20,000 nucleotides of DNA from Ancylonema sp. Its lineage: Eukaryota. This document shows, piece after piece, positions 1 to 9,470 of this stretch (its first letter is position 1; every line of letters starts with the position of its first letter). The stretch is from positions 47,824 to 67,823 of the forward strand of contig JBFLGF010000138.1 in assembly GCA_050230475.1 (NCBI GenBank), in the 5' to 3' direction. The position numbers and the translations under genes were made by a program. The notes under the pieces are model-generated. The model was given only the letters and a program-made list of their open reading frames with translations, did no database searches and was not told the DNA's origin.

Positions 1-581
1 TGGGGCTTTTGCGAGGAGGTGCGCGATGCGCACATGTTCCGAATATGTGCGCCAAACCCACACACATGTGCGCGCTCATTTGTGTCAAGAAAAAATGGTT
101 GCGTGTCTCGGCATCTCAAACCCACGGAGCGACATGTCAGAAGTTTTGATTAAAAACCGTGGACTCGTCGACTAATATGACACAATACTTCACATGTGGG
201 ATAATTCAGCTAGGAGCCTCGTCTCCGAGAAACCACGGCTCAAGGACATGCCAAACGTATTTTGGACCAACACACTAGCAATACACACGTGTGGACTAAG
301 GAATCACGTGCACACATGCTACCACTCGTGTCGAATTGTACGGTGTCATACACAAGTCTGGGCTTACATGGAAACGTACGAAATTATGTATAAAAAAAAA
401 GTGATCGGTTTGACTCATTTCAGCTGGGTAATACTATTTTAAGGCAATTCATTCTCGGTTTGCTGGTTCTTTCTTGGGTTTTTCTTCCCGACCTACACCT
501 CGAGTCGGGTATCACTCAAGTGTCCACAAATCACATTCGACATACTCATACATTAAAGGCCATGCACAACAAAGGGACTTC

Positions 582-3500
582 TCAACCTTCCGATATTCTT
601 CTTAAACATTGCTTCACTACAGCTTGGTGTTTCTCCGATGGTAAAGAAACGCAGTCTTGAATCGCAATGGCAATATGAATCGTGCTCAAAGCCGACCCAG
701 AATTCACCTGCAAGATTCCGAAACCCCAAATCCCAAAACCGCAAGCTATCAGTCATGCATCTCTTCCTTGTATCAAACAAGAGTCGTCAGGTGCAAACAC
801 GGTTGTGAAATGTTACATTTACGATTACGCAAGTAAAGTTTGCGTACAATGTAACAAAAACAGAATCGAAATCGAGATGACGTCATACTTACAACCGTAA
901 GAGACCCTTTCTATGGAGAGCACAAAAGAAAACATTTGTTCCAAATCCGGGCTTGTAGGGAGCCCAGATCCGTCGGGGCTTGAAGCCAGATTCGTGAATG
1001 CTACGTTTACGATTCCCACAAACCGTAAAAGTACGGTTTAGGTTTAGGTTTAGGTACGCTGTAAGTACGGAGTCCAAAGCGTGAGTACGTCATGTTCACT
1101 ACGTAAGGGGTGTGAACGTCACATGTACGATTCCGTTTTACTGTGAAGTACGACATGCTTTGAGATGGGATTGAGATGTTGATTGAGATGTCGAGATCTT
1201 GTCGTGGTACCAGCCCCAACCCAACCAGGGTTGGGAAGCCAGGTGCAGGGACGGAGTGGAACCCATCCCCACCTACACGGCTGATGGGGGTTTGCATTTA
1301 ACCAAAAAGTCTCAACGGTTTTGGGTTGGTCAATTCGGTTAGTCCCCCCCTAGTCCTTGCTCCCTGGTCCCTGTCCCTGATCCCTGGTCTCTGTCCCTGA
1401 TCCCTGGTCCCTGTCCCTGATCCCTGGTCCCTAGTCCCTGGTCCCTGGTCCCTGGTTTCTCACCCACACTCGGCCGTTGACCCCCACTGCGAACTCAAAC
1501 GGCAGGTCGTTCAATAGGGAGATTACTGGCAACGTGGGCTTCCCTAATAACCTGCGGGACGGAAAGCACGGAGGGGGGGGGTAGTATCGACTTTGCCTCG
1601 GAACTAACGAAAGTGGAGGTTGTGTGCCTCTACCCCCACATCGAGATGCAACTGTTAATCTAGACGATGATGACCTCGAAAGGAACGGGAATTTCCGCCG
1701 TTTTGTTTCATACCCCTTGTGCCTCTCTTATTGGTGTACTTGTGTAACAACACCGCAATACAAACGACCTCCTTTGCAGGTCTTCTTTTGTCATTATATC
1801 ATTGTATGATTGTAACGGATTTTAGGTGTACGCGAAAATCCGCCTTACATTCTCGCTTGTCTCGTGGAGCAGTCAAACAAAGTGCCCCCCGTAAGTGGTC
1901 CAAATTGTGCGGCCGCCCCCGTTCCTAAAAGTACAAAAACGGGACTCCGGTTAACCGTCGGTTCGCACCCAGTCGAGTGTTGATACCCGTTTTGCTCTTT
2001 GCTCCGAGACTCCACGTGTGCATCTTTATCTTTATCTCCTCTCACCGTCCACACATGTGATTTCGGGCGCCATATCCGGATGCGCTTTCAGTAACCGGGC
2101 GAACACCAACGCCCCTTTCTGCCATCCATCACCACCCCCCTTACAACGCCTTAGTGGGCAGTGTGGCAATTAGGGGGGAGGGGGAGGAGATGGAAAAAGA
2201 GGGGAGGGGGAAAAGTGGGGATATGGTCACACGCAAAAATGGCAACATGGCAATTGGGAGAATTGGAAAATGGGGAAAACGGGAAAATTGGAAAATAGGG
2301 AAATAGGAAAATGGGAAAATGGAAAAATGGAGACATGGAAAAACGGCAACAGTGGACAACTCTTGGGAGGGACCAACGGTGAAGGAATAAAATTGGGAGT
2401 ACAACTAACCCTTTGACCATGTCAAAGTTATGAACGGAACTACGGTCCAACAAAACCCTAAAACCCTAGAACCCTATAACCCTAGGACCCTAAAACCCTA
2501 AAACCCTAAAACCCAAATCTCGACCAAGAAGCTTTACTTGCAAATTGGGTTTGTTTCTCCTCGTAGCCCCTTCAAATGCCAATGAGGGAAGGATTGCGGT
2601 TGTAGGTCCCCCTATGTCTACGTCATAATTCTGGTTGGGGCGAAAAAGGGGGGGAGGGGGGCGGAAGGGTCTTCACAACAAACAAAACCCCAATTGGTTG
2701 AGAGGTGGATTTTTTGGAATTTACATCGTAATATATATTTTGATTCCAAAATGTGTATTTTGATGTCGTGCACTTGGTCCCTCGAATGTACGGATGTACG
2801 GATGTACGGATGTACGGATGCACGGACGTACGGATGTACCTCTGCATGTCGGTCCGAAATTACGCCAATTACGAAGTCTTCAGCCGAGGGCATGTACTGA
2901 ACCCAGAAGCCCAAAAAACGAACCAGGCCCGACTTCCTTCAGATTTTTCTCTTTTTGTTCCCTTGGGTTATCTTTGGCCTGTATACGCAGATGCAGGCAC
3001 GATACTTTTTATGGTCATCATTAGTGGCAAGGTACGGAACAAGAGCCAGCAGAGGGCAAAAGCCAGCAAGATCCTGAATTAGTGATTAAACCAGATCTAA
3101 TAGGAAAATTGTGGACGAGCGCTGTACCAGAAATTTTGAGTGGGGTGCTGAGATAGAGCGAAATGAGTACTCACCCTTTTCTGGTCGCTGTCGACCCACT
3201 GGAGCCCCTTCCGACTGCATCTCAAGGCCCCCGCCCTCGCAGCAACCACGAAGTTTCCTTCCTGTGGCAGGAGACGGCGACGAATCAGGCGACAGGTTTA
3301 GGAAAGGCGAATGGGAGGACAGGATTTTATGGAATGAAGAATCTGATTGAAGCGCGGCGGAGGATCGGAAATTTTCTGACTTGCTTTAAGCCTCCGCCTA
3401 GTCTGACGACATCGCCAGCTGTCTCCAGGTCCAGGATGACGTCACCAGGGACCTGCCAGGTGGAAGAGGCAGGAGCGAGATGAAAGGGCGAACAGATACT

Positions 3501-3722
3501 CAGACGAACGTGGTGAAATACTGGAGGTTATGTAGTTTTAAGTGAATCATATGTGCAATTTTCAATTTTATCGGAGGATTCCAGGAGAAAATAAATAATT
3601 CATTCATGAGTTCATTTCCTACTTCGATTTTCACAAACTCCTAGCAATTCAATGACGGGTTTCCAGATTCTGACCACAAGCGAGCACACGTGGCTCTCAA
3701 CAGCGCTGCCGACGGTGGCCAT
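582..3722 (-). CDS. RRP40: Exosome complex component RRP40 (EXOSC3 orthologue), 9 coding exons, 239 aa
   Basis: Exons 3722-3675, 3452-3381, 3261-3175, 2896-2840, 2630-2538, 2118-2046, 1924-1849, 1551-1464 and 707-582. All 8 introns are GT..AG and the phases are consistent. Spliced protein: MATVGSAVESHVCSLV/VPGDVILDLETAGDVVRLGGGLKQ/EGNFVVAARAGALRCSRKGLQWVDSDQKR/YMPSAEDFVIGVISDRHAE/NYDVDIGGPTTAILPSLAFEGATRRNKPNLQ/KGALVFARLLKAHPDMAPEITCVDG/TGAAAQFGPLTGGTLFDCSTRQARM/LLGKPTLPVISLLNDLPFEFAVGVNGRVW/VNSGS...RRISEG*. Contains the RRP40 hallmarks VxPGD, QKRY.P..D.V.G, LAFEGATRRN.P.L and the KH-like GxNGRVW. Confidence 0.96.
1360..1455. repeat. Short tandem repeat (TCCCTGG/TCCCTG/TCCCTGA units) at the 5' end of RRP40 intron 8
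   Basis: About 14 degenerate 6-8 nt units, directly after the exon-8 donor (minus strand GTGAGAAACCAGGGACCAGGGAC...). Confidence 0.9.
2255..2343. repeat. Purine-rich low-complexity repeat (GGGAAAAT-like) in RRP40 intron 5
   Basis: tgggagaattggaaaatggggaaaacgggaaaattggaaaatagggaaataggaaaatgggaaaatggaaaaatgg. Confidence 0.8.
2452..2515. repeat. Telomere-like (AAAACCCT)x8, i.e. (TTTTAGGG)n on the gene strand, in RRP40 intron 5
   Basis: Units: aaaaccct, aaaaccct, agaaccct, ataaccct, aggaccct, aaaaccct, aaaaccct, aaaaccca. Confidence 0.9.
2786..2839. repeat. 8-bp tandem repeat (GTACATCC)n beginning at the RRP40 exon-4 donor
   Basis: Minus strand reads GAG|gtacatcc gtacgtcc gtgcatcc gtacatcc gtacatcc gtacatcc gtacat. 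Confidence 0.9.
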
Positions 3723-3910
3723 TTGAGAAGCTGAAAGCAGTACTCTTTAAAGGACCACCGTGTAAGGGGCAGGTAACTTTTCTGAGAGAATGGGAGCTAC
3801 TCAGAACAGTATTACAACAGGGCGCTCCTCTGGACGGAGATTTCTTGAAGTGTAAAACAGATACTCGCGGGTTTTGCCGCAGCATGCAGCTTCAAGGACG
3901 ACTGAACTGA

Positions 3911-4358
3911 GAGCATCTGCTACGGCCTCGCATATCGTCCTGATTTTCGACTTCTGCCATTAATATACTCAAATCATCCAAAATGGCGAACGGTACGGCC
4001 TGCGCATATCAAAATTATTATGCTCTGGACATTCTGCCGGATGATTTACGCATATCTTGTCGCAAATTTTCCCAAAATATGCTCAGAAGTTTGCGTAAAT
4101 TATCGGGTTGAGCATAACCTCTGGACCAATCAGATTCTCGTGTGGTTCGCCTACGTGGCAAAAAACTTAAGTCAGGAGTTTCATCCGGACCAATCGGAAA
4201 CCAATTGTTCGCCTACGTGGCAAATATTTTGCTTCAGAATGCTCAGGCCGTAACGTTTGCCAACGGAGCACATGTCATTTTGCCGCATGATAAATTCATC
4301 ATCACCGAGCATATCTCCAAATTATGCTCAAAGATTTGCGAGGCCGTAGCGGATGCTC
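3911..4358. mobile_element. Non-autonomous PIF/Harbinger (Tourist-like) MITE, 448 bp
   Basis: 26-bp terminal inverted repeats, GAGCATCTGCTACGGCCTCGCATATC (3911-3936) and GATTTGCGAGGCCGTAGCGGATGCTC (4333-4358), match 24/26. Flanked by a 3-bp TGA direct repeat (3908-3910, 4359-4361). Internal inverted repeat 3983-4006 / 4239-4262 matches 21/24. GAGCA termini with a 3-bp TNA target duplication fit the PIF/Harbinger superfamily. No transposase. Confidence 0.85.
4123..4224 (+). promoter_or_regulatory. Duplicated CCAAT + ABRE-like (ACGTGGC) module inside the MITE
   Basis: GGACCAATC...GTTCGCCTACGTGGCAAA occurs twice. CCAAT at 4126, 4190 and 4201; ACGTGGC at 4153 and 4215. Motif presence only; function is not shown. 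Confidence 0.35.
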
Positions 4359-4860
4359 TGAGTGGAATTCTGAGCGAAGTTCTACGTTCAATTTTTGGGT
4401 ACGATTTTTAAGGCTCGCTGTAGAGAATTACGCGTTATAACGATAATTTTTTTCGGTATAACGAGTTAAAGTGACAGGTGAGATTCCATAGAACGGCAAA
4501 AGATGAGCCGGTTTATTTGCGCGCAGCCGTACGGAATCTTCCCCCGGAACCGCAGGTGCATCTCTGTTCATCCGCACAGAAACCGTCAGTTGGGCTTGTT
4601 TGTTGGAACAGAGAAAGTTAGAGATTCATCACAATTGAGGTACTAGGTTGCACATTTTTGGGTTGCGAAGTTGCGGCTGGTCCTCTGGGAATGAACAAAA
4701 ATGAGCCACAATATGGCTTCAGCTTATTTCAAACTTCAGCTGCTCTTCATTCCAGGGAAAAGTTGGCATTCAGAATATTGTGGTGAATACGTCGCGACAT
4801 GCGTGTTTCCCCTGGTCGTTTGATTGAATCTCGGAGGCTTTGTACGGCGCTGACAAGCAG

Positions 4861-4938
4861 TACGACGAGCGTAGGCCAGAACTGAAACGAGAGAACCTGA
4901 GTAGGCTTCAAGAGGGAGTACTCATCATGCCCGAAGAT
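4861..4938 (+). CDS. Possible upstream exon of the GH10-like gene (coding status uncertain)
   Basis: Branch/acceptor-like CTGACAAGCAG| before 4861 and donor |GTAAGC at 4939. Open frame YDERRPELKRENLSRLQEGVLIMPED, but its phase (0) does not match the next exon's CBM frame (phase 2 at 5145). Confidence 0.25.
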
Positions 4939-5144
4939 GTAAGCAGCTGACTCAGCTGCTGACTCAGTCGCTGCTGCTGCTGAGCGCTAATTTTTCTGCT
5001 GGCCGTAAACCGCTAAGCAGGGCCATGATGTGTTTGACTGGTGCAGGCCATTTACGGCCCAGAATTTACTTTGCATAAATATATATGACAAGAGGGCTCT
5101 GCACCTTTCTTTCCTCAAACTACCGTGTGATGGGCGATGGACAG

Positions 5145-6320
5145 TTCTGGATGCGTTGTCGGATTTCGATTGGACCACAAGCCCGAATCGGTGAAACTCT
5201 ACTTCCAGGGTCCGCAAGCGGAGGTCGATATTTGGGCGGCAGATGTACGAATAGTGCCTCAGGACACGGTGGCGGTTATCAATGAACTGAAGGAAACGGC
5301 GGAGAAGGTGAGAGCCAACGATTGCATCACGTGGCTAGAACGATACAATGAAACATGTCTAAATCAATTACTTGTCTTATCTAACATGGAATTCTCCGAT
5401 TTCGGGTTTCCACCCAATTTACAAGTCAAAAAGTGACTTGTACATTGATAACATGTCTAAATTGGTTTTTTTTTCCGGTCTCGACGGTATCAATTTAGAG
5501 AGGTTTAAACTCAACTTGTTTTTCAGGTGAGGAAGCGTGACATCATCATCCAGCTGACGTCATCGTCAGGATCTCCCTTGTCGCCGGCCAAGGTGACTCT
5601 AACCCACGTGGCTCCGAGTTTCGCCAGTGGGTCCTCCATGAACAAAAACGGGTTTGATGACAAGAAATATCGCGACTTTTTTGCCGACCACTTCAATTGG
5701 GCGCGAATAGAGAAAGGCGGAGGTTTTATAGGGGATTACTTTCAGGTGGATGATATGCTGACATGGCTACAGGCGAAGGGGATTCCCGTTCGGGGGAGCT
5801 TCACAGTGAGGAAGGAAGTGTTTTGGATCGACGAGGAGTTGTCCGACTTACTATTGGCAGGTCGAATCCGTACAAATCCGCACTCGTCCTTAAACATCCG
5901 TACAACCTCATAATTTGGCAAGTCACACTTTGCATCCCCTAATGCAAATGTCACCTTGCTTCACATTATGGGCGAGCGGGGGCTTGTTTACCCCCTCTGT
6001 CTGTATTTTTAACGTCATACCGAAGTGAATTTGATATCATTAATCTCATACACCTTGAATATCGTTCAAATGCCTTGATTTCTCATTGAAAGCCACCAAT
6101 TTACTTCAAAACGAAAGGTAGTGACTTTGTACTTCACTTCAATTTGACGCTCTTTCCCACCCTACCCTTCCCGTGTTTAGATGCTGTCGACAAGCGAGTT
6201 GTGGATCTCTTTTCTTGTTACAAGGGTCGTTTCGCTCACTACGATGTGAACAACGAGATGTTGCACGGAGGGTTCTTTGCGAACCACCTCGGGCCGGGGG
6301 TCATCACCCGCATGTTCCAG
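5145..6320 (+). CDS. GH10 endo-1,4-beta-xylanase-like gene, 5' half (end of a CBM4_9/CBM22-like module plus first half of the catalytic barrel), truncated at 6320
   Basis: Exons 5145-5307, 5527-5860 and 6181-6320, with GT..AG introns in phases 0 and 1. Protein: ...GFRLDHKPESVKLYFQGPQAEVDIW...EK/VRKRDIII...DFFADHFNWA...VDDMLTWLQAKGIPVRG.../DAVDKRVVDLFSCYKGRFAHYDVNNEMLHGGFFANHLGPGVITRMFQ. YxQGP, KVRKRDV and YKGxFxHYDVNNEMLHG are plant GH10 signatures. The start codon and the 5145 acceptor are not resolved. Confidence 0.9.
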
Positions 6321-6723
6321 GATTCACGTGGAGGTTACCGCAACCGTGACGCAGCCGGAGCTAAGAACCTCAGAGGTAAGGGGTGGGGCGGCGGGGGGGG
6401 TGGGGGGTTGGGGTGCTAAAAGGCGATGCAATGGAGCACTTGGAACAAGGGAAATGTGAAGCTTGGAAAGTGTCGTGTTCTTTGTGTTTGGCGAAAGCGT
6501 ACCTACTCACTATCACGGGTGTTCATGTGGTGAGAGTCTGAAGTGTGTTGTTCGAGGATTGCAGGTGTCGATCACTTTCTACTTCACATTTTCGGAGGGT
6601 CCTCGGGAGACTCGTGGAGGTCGGGCGGTTCTCCGCCGAGTGACTCCTACCACCGAAGAAGAAGCGAAAACGATTTGTGCGAGATTCGACGCGGATCATG
6701 CTGTTGCAAGCGATGTCTTGTAG
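6321..6723 (+). pseudogene. 3'-terminal fragment (last two exons) of an acyl-CoA thioesterase gene (ACOT9-like double HotDog family)
   Basis: Exon 6321-6375 reads IHVEVTATVTQPELRTSE; intron 6376-6564 is GTAAG..GCAG; exon 6565-6723 reads VSITFYFTFSEGPRETRGGRAVLRRVTPTTEEEAKTICARFDADHAVASDVL*. This fits the recalled plant ACOT9-like C-terminal pattern (I.VEV.A.VT.PELRSSEVSN.FYFTF...V.P.TEEEA). No upstream exons are present in the window. Confidence 0.85.
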
Positions 6724-9470
6724 AGTTCTAGAAATCATCTCCGGATTAAGTTGCAAGAGCTTGAGTGGTAGGTGAATGCCGTATTTTCGGGAACTGCTAT
6801 CCCAAGTTCGAGTTGAATATGATGTAGATAAAGTTCTTTTCGCAATTTGAGAGATGATTGTGCGTTGTTGTGACATTCAAACGTGCACGGTTTGTAGCTA
6901 TGTGTAGTCTAGCGATCTTGAGTACTTCCGAGATTGTTTTTAGTATTTTCTGGCCGAGGCTGACTTGCTCCAAAAGAATTGGTGTGCAAGTGAGTGTCTT
7001 TACTTTGCTAAACACTAATGTTTCATGAGGCTGATTTACGACATTGTTGTCAATGTGTGGCATAATTCACTTTGAGCCAGTGACAATGTCGATGCGGTCA
7101 AGGGCAGGCCTTTTTTGTTGTTGATGGACAATTTGTCGAAGTTTGATACAATGTTGTTGGTGTATAGACATACGGAAGTCATTAAGCAACTTATCCGATA
7201 ATCAACTTTTTAGGGGCGTAGAAATGGACTTGGTGGTTTTAACATAAATGTAATATGGTCAATGTAAATGCGTGTACCGCCTTATTGATATTGTCATTGT
7301 TTTTGTTGTTTGTTGTTCTTGTCAGTGAAATGTAGACACGTCAATAAATCATGTCAAACGGGTCGATGTGTTGTTCATAGATGTACACTCCCGCCAATAA
7401 ATCCGCCCGACGGCGCCACGGGCCGTATGGCTTGCTCAGCGGGCGGATATACATAGCCTTTTTAACTCTTTAGTTCATGTGTTGTCAGATTTAATCACTC
7501 CACATTTATCGAATTGTATGCTATTTTGCTATGAAGTGCATGGTCCCCTCTACCGTAGTTGGTCCCGCTCTGCTCACGGATTTTGGGAGCCCCGCTCCGA
7601 GCCAGCTCGCGTGGGAGCTTGATCAGAGCCAGCTCGCACCCGCGACCCGCCTGGCAAAAACAAAACATCGAAATGCGACTAAGGTCAAAGCATCCCTGGC
7701 CAAAAAGGTAGTTATTTCGGGCCGTAAGTCCCGAACATAAACAATATGCGGCGACCATAGAACGGATTACGACTATGTTTTGTCTCAAGACCTTTCTGAA
7801 GTTTATTTTACTCGTACATTATAGTTGTTTGTTCGGTGCACTTATATTCGGTGAGGAAGTCCGCATGAACACCTCGCGAATGAGAATTTCATTATGAAAT
7901 CCCATCGGATGCAACAAATAACATGGTATAATGCATTCCAACAGATACACATTATACAGCGACTATACACGACTTATAACTTCTGATCTAAGCCTACTTT
8001 TCCATGCCTTTAAACAACTTTGTGTGTAACATTCATATGCACCCATTTTGCACCCACTTTGTCACCTCGAAATAGACCAGGTTATATTGTTACAAGACAA
8101 TGGCAGGCTTCGGATTTTGTTTGGAATATAGACTTATATGACCAATGCATTTTCGGATATGTATGCTTTTGAGACAAAGTACCCTCAACGACAATGGCCT
8201 CTAGCGTGATTGGCTCTTTTGGAATGAAGTATTTCGTTACTTTGTTAACGTGGACATTACAATCGTGTACAATGATGCAGTGTTGGTAGTTGTCTAGTCA
8301 GTCGAGAGGGCTAGCGGTTGAAGAATTGTTGACTTCCAATCTGAAGTTTAATAACATGGAGAATCCTTAGGCGCAAAATCGAGACGGGTCGCATTCAAGG
8401 AGAAAGTCGTAGAATTTCATATACCAAAAACAGAAAAGAACGGGAATAAAAAGATTCCGTGCGTCTTGGTGTTAATACAATGCCAAAATTGAAAACAATA
8501 TAGTACTAATTTGAGATGAACTCATTGAGGTACTGCTAAATGAGAGAAACATATAGATTTACGTGTCTGAGTGTCGAGAGTGTGTATGTCATTGTTTGGT
8601 GTTGTGCTGTTTGTAATTTTCTCCTTCTTTGGTGTGTCGACGGTTGACAATGTTTTCAAAATCTGCTAGTCTATAAAATTTCAAACCACCTTTCACGTTT
8701 CCTCTCCGAAAATTTGTCCGGATGAACCATAGTCTTTTGCTCTCAATCACTTTGACAAGGGAAAACGCCCTGAATTGTTCCCACGCGTTCCTATCGATAA
8801 TTGTGTACCCTGTGGTCCAAATGGTTCAATACCAATTTCATAATGTATGTTCCTGCTTGGTGCCATTTTAATTGAAAATCAGATTGACGTTCACGCATTG
8901 CCCTAATGTACAACTTGATGCAAAAACGATTACATCTCGCCCCCCCCCGCACGCATGTTGTGTCTCAAAATTTGTATGAGATATCCTTTTCAGGTGTCAT
9001 TTTCAGGTGTCGTCCAATACTTATAGGTCACGAGTACATGTAATAATGGACGAGCTTCAGTTTATACTCTACAAAACAACAAAATAAAACCAATATGAAA
9101 ACGCATACCCCCGATGTTACACTTAGTGTGAACCATGCAATTTGCATTTTGAATTAAAGGATGTATAGAACCATTAGAGACCAATATTTTTGTGCTGAAG
9201 TTCCTACAAATAATTCACGATCGCTAGGAAGTATACATTACATATGACGTAGTTCTTACAAAAGTAACGAGTATTTCTGGATGCAATGATCACAATTTCT
9301 ATCTCGATGACCTTACACTCGTTGTCATGCTCCAGTTGTGACCATTGTCTTTACTTCTGTTTATATGCAGTCGACTTCGCCAATTTAGATGCTTGACTAG
9401 ATTCATTTTCTTTGTGAACGTCAGAAAAATCCTTGTGTAAGTTTGATGCCCGCGAATATTTGCGGCATCG

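Noticed and set aside
2141..2453. Phe/Pro-rich ORFs at 2141-2404 and 2151-2453
   Set aside because: They are translations of an intronic low-complexity repeat in RRP40 intron 5.
2623..3082. Overlapping ORFs with MYGCTDVR / SVHPYIRT repeats
   Set aside because: Products of the 8-bp intronic tandem repeat. Only the RRP40 exon parts (2896-2840 and the start of 2630-2538) are coding.
4020..4411. ORFs 4020-4253 and 4142-4411 as genes or transposase
   Set aside because: They lie largely within the MITE and show no recognisable motifs.
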